DNA from: Neophaeotheca triangularis
Lineage: Eukaryota
Assembly (NCBI GenBank): GCA_054600435.1
Contig: BAAIJX010000088.1
Coordinates: forward strand, 1 to 55,564
Direction of reading: 5' to 3'
DNA: 55,564 nt
Part shown: positions 35,062 to 47,513 of the stretch, in pieces
How the letters are laid out: each line of letters opens with the position of its first letter
Position numbering within the stretch: position 1 is the first letter of the stretch
Program-made: the position numbers and the translations under genes
The notes under the pieces: generated by a model
What the model was told of the DNA's origin: nothing
The model's input: the letters and a program-made list of their open reading frames with translations, nothing else
Database searches by the model: none

Positions 35062-37563
35062 ATGTCCCCCGATGCGATCCAATCGTTTCTCTCCAGCTAC
35101 GAACAAAGCAGCGATAGCAACAATAGCGGCAGCATTCCTGCCCAGCAAGTAGCCTGCTGCTGCGGCAACACGGCTTGCGCCCACCTGCAGCATAACCAAA
35201 GCGCGCTTGAGGGTTTGGAACGCGATGTCCGGACCGCCGCCAAGCTGGGACAGGTATGTGGACCTCTGGCGCCTTTGAGCCAACGTTGGCTTCAGAGAAG
35301 TAGACGTTCGTGGTGGAAGAGCATTAGTTTGAATGAACGCAGCAAGTGAAGCGGCATGGTGTTTCCGCCGCATTCGGCGCGTCACAAGCGTCGAGGACAG
35401 GGGCCGATTAGTGAGGGTGGGAAGGAGGAGACGTCGCTAATGGTTTTCTCGCTGCAGGCCCTGCTCGTCCGACATGAAACTTACATGGCAGATGCGGAGA
35501 AGGAGCGACAGACCATGACTGAACACATCGAGAAGCTGGAGGGCGAGAAGAAGCAGCTGGAAACCAAGAACGCTACTGTTATCGAAGAGAATCGGAATCT
35601 ACTGGATCAGTTGGAGGCTGTCAACAACGCCGTTTCGGATTCGGAGGCGCATGTCACTGGCTTGCAGGCGACTCTTTCGGAGACGCAGAGAGAGTTACAA
35701 AAGTTGTCGCACTTGGCGCATCGCACTGAAGAGCTCGAGCGACAGTTGGCCGAGTACGAGAGGGAAGAGGCGTCCTGGCACGATACACTCACGGCCAAGG
35801 AAGAAGGGGAGAAGTCGGCATTGAAGAGATGGAGGGAATCAGAACGTACGCTGGCCAGACTGCAAGAAGAAATGGACCGCATTGAAAGGGAAGCGAGGGA
35901 GGAGAGGGAAAGGCATGTCGAGGTTGTTGGAAGGATGGAGAGGAGGCATGCTGTCGAGCAGGAGCTACACACTGCCGCCAGCAGGCTCAAAGGTGCTGCT
36001 GCTTCTAAGACTGTGGCCAAGGACTCTGGAGGGACGAACGTGGTATCGCACTTTGTCAAAGACATTCTCCAGGACAACGCAAACTTGCAGATGGGCATCG
36101 TTGAGTTGAGGGAGATGCTTCACAATTCCAATGATGAGGTCGAAACCCTTCGAGAGAAGCTCTCGATGCACCAGCCTCAGCACGACGACGTCGAAACAGA
36201 TGAGCGCCCGGGGCTTGGAAGGAGAACATCATCGCTGAAGCAGGAACTCGATGCAGCCGCCGCTCAAGAGCTACACGTCCATCATCACTATCACGCATCA
36301 ACGGCGGCGAATAACGCCTCTACGCTACGCAAGCCGAGAAAGAAGCGCTATGGAGCACTCACACCTGGCCACTTTACTCCGCCTTCTGGGAGAAGCTTGC
36401 CTCGTACATCCGTCCAGGGAACGCCGTCTTCCGTCGCTACTATTCTGAAGCAAACAGCGGTCAGCGTGCCAAGACCTGCCCCTCTAGACAAGCGGTGGTC
36501 GTCGCAGTCTGATCAGACATATCACTCCATGCTTGCACCTTCTGGACCGAGCTCACCCCTCTCTTCGCTGAACCGTACCTCCTCCCTTTTTGACCGCGTT
36601 TTCAGCGATGCAGGCCACGAAGACGACTCCTCCCGACCAACAACCCCAGAGACTGAGGAACCCGCTTCGCCTTGCATGCTACCGGCATCTTCCAAACGCA
36701 TGCCGGCTAACGGCTTCCGCACAATCAGTGCGCCCATCGTTCCCAGAGTCTCTCGGGGCTTCAGTCCAGGGCCAGGCAAGGCCTCCCTAGACTCCATCAT
36801 GGACACGAGTACGGAGGAAATGCCGGCTCTTCACCGCACATCCACCACTCACGACTCCATTGTCGAGGAGTCTGAGAGCGATTGGGAGAATGCAGAATCC
36901 TCAGCACAAGGCTCAGATCCTGGCCTCGAAACACTCGAGAACAAGAACGACACCCTCGATCTGGACTCGTTGGACCTCTATAACCAGCCACTGCGGCGCG
37001 CTACGTCCCACGACTCCCTCTTCTCCGTCCGCGGTATGGACATACACACCGTCAAAGCTCGCCCTTCACAGTTCCTAGGCTCCCATGGCAATCGGTCCCT
37101 CTCGACTCAAGCGGTCCTCACCGATACCACAGCACATGCAACAAGACCCACCGCGTTATCTCGTCCCTCTGATGGCAGCAGCAGACATATCCTCCGCGGT
37201 ATGGCAGCTGAGCAACGCCAGCGTGCTAACGGCGGAGGAGGCCAGACATTGGGTAAAAAGGTCGGTGGCTGGGTGTTCGGGCGCTGGGGTGCTACACCTG
37301 CTCCCGCCCAGGCCACCTCAACCTCGGCGACCCTGAAGGATGCGTCAAAAGGCAAATTGCCAACCAGTGACAAGGATAGCGTAAAAGGCAAAACCAGTGC
37401 GGAAGACCCGCAGACTACGCCGAAGAAGCCGAAAGTTCGAGCCCCTGGTATTAACCAGAGCGGGCCGATCTTGGGTCTTGCGCCCGAAGTGAAGATAGTC
37501 AGGCCGCCGGTCTTGAAGAGTTTGGACGAGAGCGGGTTGCAGGAAGTTCTTGGAAAAGAATGA
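35062..37563 (+). CDS. Fungal coiled-coil protein of unknown function; exons 35062-35253 and 35458-37563
   Basis: CCCGNTACAHL..LERDVRTAAKLGQ|ALLVRHE joined by intron GTATGT..GCTAAT..CAG; long heptad region, VVSHFVKDILQDNANLQMGIVELREML, LHVHHHYH, GWVFGRWG. Confidence 0.85.
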
Positions 37564-37817
37564 AGAGCACGATGATGAAATTTGATGATGGCGACGGCAA
37601 AACGGTCAACAGCTTGGCTCGATGATACCCCATTCGCGGAAACGTTTACTCAATTGTTTCATTTGTTCTTTTACAAGGCTTGCGATAGCTCGATAGCAAA
37701 CGAAGCCTCTGCCACCACCTAAGCAAGACGCTTTCACTGACCTCTCTCCATCACCCATCAAGCATGGCACATGCGCCCAAGCTCTTGAACATGAAGTTTA
37801 TGTTACTCCATTTCCCC

Positions 37818-38801
37818 TCACCTCCTCGGCGGCCTAACACCAAAAAGCTCCTCCGAATTTCTAAATGCAATCCCCTCCATGACCTCCCTACTAACCATCC
37901 CACTCCCCTCCAACTCCTCCATCCACTTAACCCCATTCTCATTCTTCTCAAAAGGCCAATCCACCGAAAACAAAATCCGCTTCGGATCAGTATTAACCAG
38001 CAAACAAGCCAGCGGCGCCAGACTCCAAACGCCACTGGTGGTAACCCACAAATTCTCCCTCCAAACCGTTCTAAAAACCCTCTGCCGCTCTCCCCACCGC
38101 TGACTCAGAGCGAAAATCCTCTCGAGCTGGAATGGCAGCATTTCCCCCATGTGCCCGATGACGATCTTCAACCGCGGAAAGCGGTCGAAAATGCCGGCCG
38201 CGAAGAGTTTCAGCACGTGCAGCCCGCAGTCCGAGTGCCAGCCCCAGCCGCTGCTGCCGAGCGATTTCGACGCTCCCGACGTGATGTTCTCGCCCGTGTT
38301 GCGAGAGGCCATTTCCGGCGTCGGCCACGTCGGGTGCAGGTAGATGGGCATGTCGAGATCCTGAGCCGCTTGCCAGAAAGCATGGTAAGCGGGGCCGTCG
38401 TAGTGGGTTCCGGCGGCGTGGTTGTCGATCAGGGCGCCGACGAAGTGGAGGTCGTGTTTGCAGCGGGCGAGCTCCGTGGCGGCGGCCGAGGGCGAGCCCA
38501 TCGGTAGCACGGCAAAACCTGCAAAACGTGTTGGATGGGCTTGGACGGCGGCTGCGAGCTCGTTGTTGGCGGAGTGGCATTGGGAGGGGGAGGGGACGCC
38601 GCCCGAGGGCGCGTGCGAGATGATCTGGAGGGAGATTTGGTTGGCGTTCATGTCGTTGAGGCGGACGCTGGAGAGGCTGGAGAGTTTTTCTCGTAGGCCC
38701 GGGATGGCTTTGAACTGTTCCACGTATTTGTCGTCGAGACTGTTTAGGACTGTTGAGGAGAAGAAGTGTTCTTCTAGGGCTATGAGGGGTGGGAGAGGCA
38801 T
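37818..38801 (-). CDS. Amidohydrolase-2 family non-oxidative aromatic acid decarboxylase (2,3-dihydroxybenzoate/orsellinate decarboxylase-like)
   Basis: IALEEHF, NNELA..HPTRFAGFAVLP, PIYLHP, WGWH, FDRFPRLKIVIGHMGEMLPF, TTSG, ILFSVDWPF. Confidence 0.9.
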   Translation of the reverse strand: MPLPPLIALEEHFFSSTVLNSLDDKYVEQFKAIPGLREKLSSLSSVRLNDMNANQISLQIISHAPSGGVPSPSQCHSANNELAAAVQAHPTRFAGFAVLPMGSPSAAATELARCKHDLHFVGALIDNHAAGTHYDGPAYHAFWQAAQDLDMPIYLHPTWPTPEMASRNTGENITSGASKSLGSSGWGWHSDCGLHVLKLFAAGIFDRFPRLKIVIGHMGEMLPFQLERIFALSQRWGERQRVFRTVWRENLWVTTSGVWSLAPLACLLVNTDPKRILFSVDWPFEKNENGVKWMEELEGSGMVSREVMEGIAFRNSEELFGVRPPRR

Positions 38802-39288
38802 GGTAAGGGTTGATGGGGGGTTGATGGGGCAGCGCTGGTGAGTGATAGGCTTTCGAGAGGGGTTTAGATGTACTTGGGATTTTATGCTGGAAGGTAGAGA
38901 GAAGCTCGACGAGACAGTCCTGCCCAACGATAGATGACTTGTCTCAGTTCATGTATCCCGAAGGTGCATGACTGTATGTAATTGGGATACGACATGAACC
39001 TTCAGCTGCGGGGCCCCGCGGATATAGATGTTGTGGACGTTCAACGAGTTGTGCGTAACTTTGTTCATCTACAGCGTATACAAACAGATATGCTTGCCGT
39101 GTGAATTGCATGGAATGTCGTCCCAGTGGCATGTTAATCGCTCGTAGTTGTCCAATCCGCCAAGTGAAGTTGGTCGATTCCTCCTTGCTCGCCCGCCCAG
39201 CGGCTCTTTGTGTCTCGACCTCGGTCCACAGCTTCAATGCCCGCGTTGGATTGGAGAGGACGACTTCACATCTTCCCGAACAAATTAC

Positions 39289-39290
<2 letters not shown>

Positions 39291-39321
<31 letters not shown>
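39291..39321. repeat. (AT)15 microsatellite
   Basis: Perfect AT dinucleotide run in the divergent intergenic region. Confidence 0.97.
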
Positions 39322-39323
<2 letters not shown>

Positions 39324-39426
39324 AGACGTAACTCAATTCCCAGCCCTGCCTACTTACCCAACGAACACAAAGTCTACGAGCAGCCCGTCCAAAGTCAATT
39401 GCATTCACACTCCAGCATCAAGCACA

Positions 39427-40990
39427 ATGCCTATTCCCGAAATCCCCCTCCCCGAGTCCTACGCTCAGCTGCCAACGACACAGATCCGCTGTTCGCATGT
39501 CCCAGAAAGCTCCAAGGAAGTCACCCCGGTCATTGTGATCACGCTTTACAGGCCGGAGAACCATAATGCCTTCACCATTCATATGATGTGAGCCAATCCC
39601 TTCTCTCAGCTCTAGCAGCATTGATCAACTACTCTTCTCCCGCTTCCCATGTCTCGGAACACCTTACTTAGCATCTGAAAACACTAACACCTGTCCCAAC
39701 CCCCAGGGGCGAGCTCGAAAAAACCATCAACACCCTCTCCGTCGACCCCCGAGTCAAATGCATAGTCTTCACAGGCCACGGCCGCATCTTCTGCGCCGGC
39801 GCAGACCTAAGCTCCAGTTTCAAAGGCGGCGAGGAGAATATCCGGTAAAGCCAGCTCCCAAACCCCTCCCATTCCCCTACGAACCAAAACTCTAACCCTT
39901 TCCTCCCAGCGACCACCGTGACGGCGGCGGCCGGGTCGCACTCGCCATTCACCGGTGCCAGAAACCCACTATCGCGGCTATTCAGGGTTCGGCCGTGGGG
40001 ATCGGGATTACTATGACTCTGCCCATGACGATTCGGATTGCCTATGAGCAGGCGAAGATTGGCTTTGTGTTTGCGCGGAGAGGGTTGATCATGGAAGCCG
40101 CGAGTTCCTTTTTCTTGCCCAAGTTGGTCGGGTGAGTCGCTCCCGTTTCCCTCCTCGGTTCTCTGTGCGCGCGCCTGCCTGTTGAACGCACCCATGGTGG
40201 TACTTTGATGGAGCCTCCTGAGCTAGGGGCGGTGGTCTGGTTAGACCAATTCGTTGGCTCGAGTCAAGCAAGTACTTCCGCCTCTGGCCGGCGCAACCCA
40301 CAACCAAGGAGACCAAACACGGAAATCAGCGAAGAGCGCACACATACAAAACCTCCCCCCTCCCCCCTTCCGCTTGAGAAAAAAGACCCAAAACTAACCC
40401 AACCACTGGCAGCCTCTCCCGCGCCCTCCACCTAGTAACCACAGGCCTCACCTACCGAGCCACGGACCCGCTCCTCTCCCAACTCTTCTCAGAAACTTAC
40501 GCTCAACCGGAAGCAATCCTACCGCGAGCGCTCGAGCTGGCGCAAGAAATCGCCCAAAACACTTCCACCGTCTCGACGCAATTGATGCGCGAGCTCATGT
40601 ATCGCGGTCCCGAAACGGCCGAGGGCACGCACCTGCTGGATTCGAGGTTGATTTATGCCATGTTTGGGTCCAAGGATAACAAGGAGGGGGTTGATAGTTT
40701 TTTGGCGAAGAGGTGAGTTTTCTTGCTCTTTTCTTTTTTGGTATCTTTTAACTTGGCTGCTTGTGTGCGTTTTGGGTGGTTTCAAAGAGGGACAAGTTGG
40801 ACTGGAAGGAAAGGTGCTGATGGTACTCGTGTGATTGATTTGCTGATTCGGACTTTTCGCTTTATACAGACCTGCCAAATTCACAGCACAGATGGAGACG
40901 GATGCGCCAGCTGCTTGGCCCTGGTGGCAGCCGGTGGACACTGGAAACAGGGCAGTCGCTGAGAACAGTGACTTGAAGCCAAAACTTTGA
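39427..40990 (+). CDS. Enoyl-CoA hydratase/isomerase (crotonase) family protein, 5 exons (approx. 39427-39587, 39707-39844, 39910-40131, 40413-40711, 40870-40990)
   Basis: Spliced product has [110 protein letters not shown], and ends KPKL*. The ORF track misses it because of the introns. Confidence 0.9.
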
Positions 40991-41163
40991 AGACTTCCAT
41001 TGTTTGTGGGAGTTTGGAATTTCGTAGCATTGGTTTTGAGCTACATACTCCACAAACACTTCGCTTAGACTCAAGCTCGAAGACTTTCCGAATGAGCTGT
41101 GTCGATGCGCTTGCTTTTCGTTTTCCACCCTCAAACTCCATTCGACGCAAACACTTCCCTCCT

Positions 41164-42068
41164 CTAAGCAAAGGTAGAAGGCCTGGAGGCGGCGAAGATC
41201 TTCTTGCCGGACTTGCGGGGCACACGGTGAGGCAGGGGGAACTTGAGGTTGGGCTGGAGGAGCTGCTTGATGTAGGGGCGGCGGATGTCGTCGACCTTGT
41301 TGACCTCAACCACCTTGAGGATCTACAGAGCGGAACGTCGTTAGTATTCCTGGTTGAATAGGAGGTAAGGCGTTGGGTTTTACGTACGTGGACGGACCTG
41401 AAACGGGTACGGTGACGGGCGGCCATGTCCTGGTACATGCTCTCGACGGCATCGGTACGGGACATGTCGCGGTACTCGCGGTACATGTTGTGGGTGCCGG
41501 AACGGGAGTCGTAACGGATCCAGATGCCGAAGTTCTTGACCTTCTGAGGGCGCCTCTCGTGGATCTAGCATTTCCATGGCGGTTAGATACTCCCTTCCCC
41601 CATTCGTGTTGCCTTTCTTCACTCGGATGTCCAGTACGTACCACGTTCAAGCTGACGATCTCACCGTTGGCCTTCTTGACCTTCCTCAACTTGGCCAAGA
41701 AGTACCAGAACCTGCTCTTGGCAACGACATCGTTGGGAGCAAAGATGCGCATGCGGTAGAGCTTGGGGGTAGGCTGGCCCTCAGTCGGGAGGTGGCGACC
41801 GATGACCTGGTATTCCTGCAGGCGACCTGTTGGGCGGACAGGGTCAGCGCCGTCTTACGGACATTTTGTGTGTTTGTATGGCTTTGCGCTTCTTTCGTGA
41901 CCTTCACTGCAGTGGCACGCTGTCGCGATTACTCGAAAGTAGGCGAAGGTGTTGCTCCGGTCTTATGTGGTGCGGTTTCCATGCTCTTCAACCCATATAA
42001 TGTGCCTGCGCGAACAGGACTTTTGCGCAAGCGCTGGTCGTGTTCGAGGAGGAAGAGTGCTTACCCAT
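41164..42068 (-). CDS. RPL20: 60S ribosomal protein eL20 (L20/L18a), multi-exon
   Basis: [95 protein letters not shown], ends SRPSTFA*. Confidence 0.96.
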
Positions 42069-42501
42069 CTGCGCTGTGTGTTAGCAAGGAATTGAGGTCA
42101 GTGTAGACGGTGCCGCCTTCTCATCTAACTCACTGTGACTGTTGTTGTTGTTGACCTGTGTGGTTAGCTGGGGGAGGTTGTCGTGCAGGTCGCTGTCTTC
42201 GTGAATTTTGCAAATTACCTCCCGCTTGTGGCAGGTTCTCACATCCGGCTGCTCCCGTCTTGAAGTCTTGGCGGGACGTTGGAGCCCAGTGGAAGGTCAG
42301 CCGAGCATAGGTAAAGCTTCAACCACCATGACTTACTCCACCTGCAAACGTTCAAACATCAACACCTCACTTTCCCCTTCACATAATCAAACGATTTAGG
42401 CGGAGGTGAACTTGACTCGACGTGGTCTCTTGAAGACATGAGAGTCTGATCCCGAAAACGTTTGCGGTAAGACTTACGCGATACACTCAACCAAAACCAC
42501 C

Positions 42502-43993
42502 ATGGACGCCATCTTCGCCGACTTTACCAGAGCCCACGTCTACCAATCCGCCTCTGATGGAGGAGATGGGCAACTCCTGGCAAGTACAATCACCCCAGAC
42601 GCGCCCAAAAACGATCCAGGCCGGCTTTACCATTTCTATCGCTCGACGAATCCTCATATGGTGCCCCACGAGCTGGAATACCGCATCAAGTTCAACTCGA
42701 AACTGCCTCTTGACCCCGATCAGCAGCGCTGTTGGATCGACACCTTCACCACCTACCACACCTTCGTCGGAGAGCTTCTACTCGCCGAAGAAGCGCAGAA
42801 TGCCGCTGCCAACCGTGTACGCGACGAGTGGGGACGAGTGTACGCTGCGTGGAAGAAGGTCGTCAACTCTATCTACAAGGGCTACCAAACGGGTTGTTAC
42901 GAGGCGTGGACCATACCCTGCCTTTATGTCGTCGTCCGTTACCTGCGCATCTTTGCCACCAAAGCCGATGAGAGCGCCGACGCGCAAAAAGACAGCGGCG
43001 TTAGCCTCACCGGAATGGTAGAGGACGAGGAAGTAGGCACAGAAGGCAAGAACACAAATCTCAAAGACGCGGCCAACCAAATCCAGCGCGTCTTTGGACT
43101 CTGCGCAAACGACAGGTCCGTGTCTCGTTTCCCTCCCAACTCACGCTTCCTTTCCCCAACCAAAGCTAAAGGTAGGTACTGCCAGATCCCCCATCGAGGA
43201 CTCTCGCAAATGGGCCCTCTACAACATAACCAACGCCCTTTTCCGCACCTACTCCCGCCTCAACTCCGTCTCCCTCTCCAAAAACATCCTCAAATCCCTC
43301 CGCGCCCTCTCCGACCTCCCCGACATCTCCCTCTTCCCAGCCTCCCACCGCGTCACCTTCCATTTCTACGTCGGCCGCATCCATTTCCTCGAAGAAGACT
43401 ACGCCCAAGCCACCGAGCACCTTTCCTCGGCCTTCGCGCTCTGCCCGGCCTCCCACACCCGCAACGCCCAGCGCATCCTCACTTACCTAATCCCGACCAA
43501 ACTCGTCGCACACCACAAGCTCCCCTCCCCTGCCCTCCTAGCCCCCTACCCACACCTCGAAGCACTTTTCGCGCCCTTCCGGCCCGCCGTCAAAACCGCC
43601 AACCTCGCCGCCTTCGACGCCGCCCTCGAAGCCGGCGAAGCCTCCTTCATCAGAACACGCACTCACTTGACCCTCGAGCGCGCCCGCGACATCGTCGTTC
43701 GCAACGTCCTGCGCAAAGTCTTCCTCGCTGCCGGTTATGAAGACCCGAAACCCGATGCCCCGCCCGACACACCCCGTGTCCGGAAAACCCGCATCGAAAT
43801 TAAAGCTTTTGCGCAGGCTCTGGCGGACAGCGGCGCCGAAATCGGGGATGGTCAGGGTGGTTTCGATACCGATGAGGTCGAATGCTTGATTGCGAACTTG
43901 ATTTACAAGGATCTGCTCAAGGGGTACATTGCCCATGAAGCCGGGAAAGTGGTTTTGAACAAGAAAGGCGCGTTCCCTGGAACGGGTGTCTGA
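42502..43993 (+). CDS. CSN12: PCI-domain protein, Csn12/PCID2 family; exons 42502-43115 and 43186-43993
   Basis: WTIPCLYVVVRYLRIFA, CANDR|SPIEDSRKW, LFRTYSRLNSVSLSKNILKSL, VTFHFYVGRIHFLEEDY, ILTYLIP, DEVECLIANLIYKDLLKGYIAH..VVLNKKGAFPG. Confidence 0.85.
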
Positions 43994-45140
43994 GAGAACG
44001 CAAGCGGAGGATCGCAGTAGCGTCCGATCAGACGCGCAACTAGCCCCCTATCCCTTACAACAATGAGAGATGAGCAATGCGAAACGAGCGGATGATCCTT
44101 GAACCATTCCCCCCAGCCGCCGGAAACTCTGCGAACCACTGCCTCGCGTCAAATCGCTCGCAAAGTGAGTTGAAGGTTTTGCCCTAGCCATGAGTCACAC
44201 TCACCCATGCTTTATGACTACCGGTACACCGGCCCAAGTATCTTGGGAGTCAGGCGGCAAGCGAGAGCTCGCAACGACAACTTGCACGATCTGTGATGAG
44301 TTGAGCAGAGAAAGCTGGGCAGATGCATCATGGCGCGGATTGGAGTAGAGATGATACTAGCAGCTGGCTGTCCGCAATAGAACGGGATGTGGTGTGGTAC
44401 ATAGCAACCCCGGTCCATACGAGGTACAAAAAATTGCCGGTGCAGAACACTCGGGGATCTACAACCTCTTTCTCACTCTCGCGTGTCGGTTTGGTTGACA
44501 GGTCTGTGCAATAGACGATGGCTGCAGAACTCTGATGTGATCAAAGTGCAAATACCATACCAAGTCTATCTGACGATCACAGAACGTCCGCCTCGGGAAA
44601 AGGGACAAGTCGCGCTGCTCTGTCCGAGCCAAACCGCGAACTGGAGAAGAGTGCGAGTGTGAGAGGTTCAAGAGCGACGGGAATGGGTCAAACAGGCTCA
44701 GCTAGTAACGACCCGTCGTCCCGTTGGCTCAACGGCACAAGCTCGCTCTTGCAATTGTAAAATTCGGACTGTTGAAGCAATTTGATTTAAGAGGATACAC
44801 GGAACCTTTCGGTCCTGTAGTGTGCACACCGCGTACAATCTGCCCCTGGCCCCGTCCGTGGTCAAGCCAAAGAACGCCGTGTTCGCTCGCGAGGGTACTG
44901 CAATCTTGGAGAGGAAATCATGGTACGGGAAAAAGCTCTGGTGGTAAGGAGAAGAAGGAAAGGTGAAGAAGGCAAGGAAGGAGAAAAGGGCGAGAGAGGC
45001 GGCGATGCGGCCGCTGATATCTCTTTGCAAAGCGGGTGTCGCGCTTCTCTCGTCGGTTAGTCATACAGTCTCTTGTACGCAAAGACAGCACAGCGACATC
45101 GTCAGGCTCAGGCCAGATGACTTTCAAGGCAGCAAAGAGG

Positions 45141-46270
45141 CTACTCTCCAGTGCGTAGCGAGCGATGAGCGGCAATGTCGTCCTGCGAAGTCAGCAGCGT
45201 CAGCAAAGCCACGTCCCGAAAGCCACAAGACTCGACAGCATCTCAAACCACTGCCAAAAGAAAAACGCACACGTCAAGACTCACCAGATGGTTCACCAAA
45301 GCCACGAAAAGATCAAACCACAACGCGCTGCCCCCGGCCTCCATCTCCATCTGCATCGTCCCGCTGCGCTTGAAAGTCGCACGACAGCGGATTATCAACG
45401 CCAAGTAATGGGCCCGTAGCTTGCTGTCGGTGGCTGGAGTTTGGCTGTAAGCGAAGCGCGCGGAAGCGAGAATGGTGCTGCATTGGACGCCGGATTGGAG
45501 TCCTTGTTTTTTCAGGGCGAGGCGTTGGAGGGCTGGGAGGGCGTAGTGGTGGGCGGAACACTAGATAGGCGTTAGTTGGTTGGGAGGTGGGGTTATAGGG
45601 GTAGAAAGGGGGAGCAGGTACGTAGATGACGGTGTCTTTGAGTACTATTGCGCCGACGGCGTGGTGGTAAAGGGTGTTTTCGCCGCTCGTGGCTGTGTTG
45701 GAGGTTGGACTGGTGGCGGGAGAGTTCTCTGCGTCTTCGAGGTAGTAGCTCGAGCGCTTTTTGTCGTAGGCGAGTTTGGGCGTGTAGTCGCCTTTGTAGA
45801 GGAATTCGAGGATGGAGGAGAAGACCTCTGGTTCTTCGTTGGGAAGTTCGAGGCGTTTGCCGTTGGCGGCGAAGAATTGCGAGCGGCAGGCCTGGGCGAA
45901 ATAGGGGGAGTTGCAGAGGACGTCTTCGTGGGCCGCGAAGAGGCGTTGCGAGGGTCCGATGCTGAGGGTAATGATGGAAGAGTTGAGGGCGCTGTTGCCG
46001 TGGCCAGGCTCGTTAGTAGATGTTGCTTTCATGATGGCTGGGAGGGTTTACTCACGGTGATGTCGGTGGGCTTGCCTGACTTCTCGCCGTGGGAGTCGAC
46101 TGGTTTGATGCGGATTGTTTTTGCTGCTGCTGTTGTGCAAACACCCTCCTCGCAGGCTCTTTGAACGACTTCTCTTTGAAGGACTTCTGCTTCCTGCTAC
46201 CGGTAGCCTTGCCCGCCTTGTAGGAAAAGCTCTCACGATGTGACTTGCTCGTCTTGCTAACCCCAAACAT
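45141..46270 (-). CDS. BTB/POZ domain protein; exons 46056-46270, 45622-45991, about 45285-45560, 45141-45182
   Basis: SIITLSIGPSQRLFAAHEDVLCNSPYF..LPNEEPEVFSSILEFLYKGDY BTB fold, continuing after an intron as VIYCSAHHYALPALQRLALKKQGLQSG..LRAHYLALIIR..FKRSGTMQMEME..DLFVALVNHL|DDI. Confidence 0.88.
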
Positions 46271-47513
46271 GGTCATAACCTCGATGATCTCCACCCAGCA
46301 GTAAATAACCAGCGAGACAGCGTAAGAAGACTATACCACGGAAGCAAGACAATTTAAAGCAAGAAAGAACCCTTCCTCAGCAACAGTAGTCACACAACGC
46401 ACGGAAAAAAAAAGCGAGAACCACACCACCTCAGCAACCAAGCTACCTTTAATAAATACACCTCCCCCTTCCCACTCCACGCCGATCCGCACCCATCCAT
46501 CCACCTAGGTAAACCCAAGACCCCAAGCAAGTCTGATCAAAGCCCCAACAACGGGAGTCAAAACGCGTGTGCCCGCCCACCCATGCAAGCACTCTACACG
46601 CGTCCTATCACAAAGCGCGACTAACACGCGATATCACGGGACTTGGCGAAAGTGGGCAAGCGTAGCGACAACGGGGCGCGGTTTTGCTCGGGTCGCCCGA
46701 GGGTTCTATCATTCTGGGGTCGCGCGGCAGCGCGGATGCAAGGCCGCTGGGTTTCAGTGTTGCCTGGTCTTAACTTTAGATTTTGAGAGGCCGCCTAAGC
46801 AAGCACTGTGCTGCTGTGCAAACGAGAGCGTCGAGCTAGCGAACTCTAGTCAGGCACGGGCTTGGCGCGGATGACAACGTCGACTCGGCTATGCAACGTC
46901 AGGTAAGGTACCTTAGGTGGCACTCGTACACTTTGTGCGACACTACCTAGATAGTAAATACCTTACCGTATCGGACTCCAAGATTACAGCTACAAGGAAG
47001 AAGCAGCAGGAAGCGCGGAAGCCACAGTACCAGTAGCTAACGTTACGAGCTTCCCTACCCATCATCGATACAGTTGGTCGATATCATCATCGTCACAGCA
47101 AAAAGCACGACAGCCGACTCCTGTCTCATGCCTACCCATAGATACACACATCTCGGCCATGATAAGTGAAAGCTGCATACCAATACCGAAGTCTGTACAC
47201 CGCACTGCCCGACCTAAAGTCTAGGACCGAATAAGCCTAGATCTCAGCCGAAACCCAACCCAAAGAATCCAATTGGCTGTGTTGTTGCAACGCTTTCTTG
47301 CCTTTGCCGTTAACCTGATACCCTTGGTCCCAACTTCTCAATGACCGTCATCTGTTGCTCCGAAAAAAGAAATCAAATCCCATCCCCATAGAGCAGCGCT
47401 TTCGCCCACACCCAGACTCCTTTCCCAAACCTTTGCACAAAAAACCACGAAAACTTCCCCAGCCACGTAGCCCACCCCAACCAAAAATAAATACCGCCCA
47501 CTGCCCAACACGT

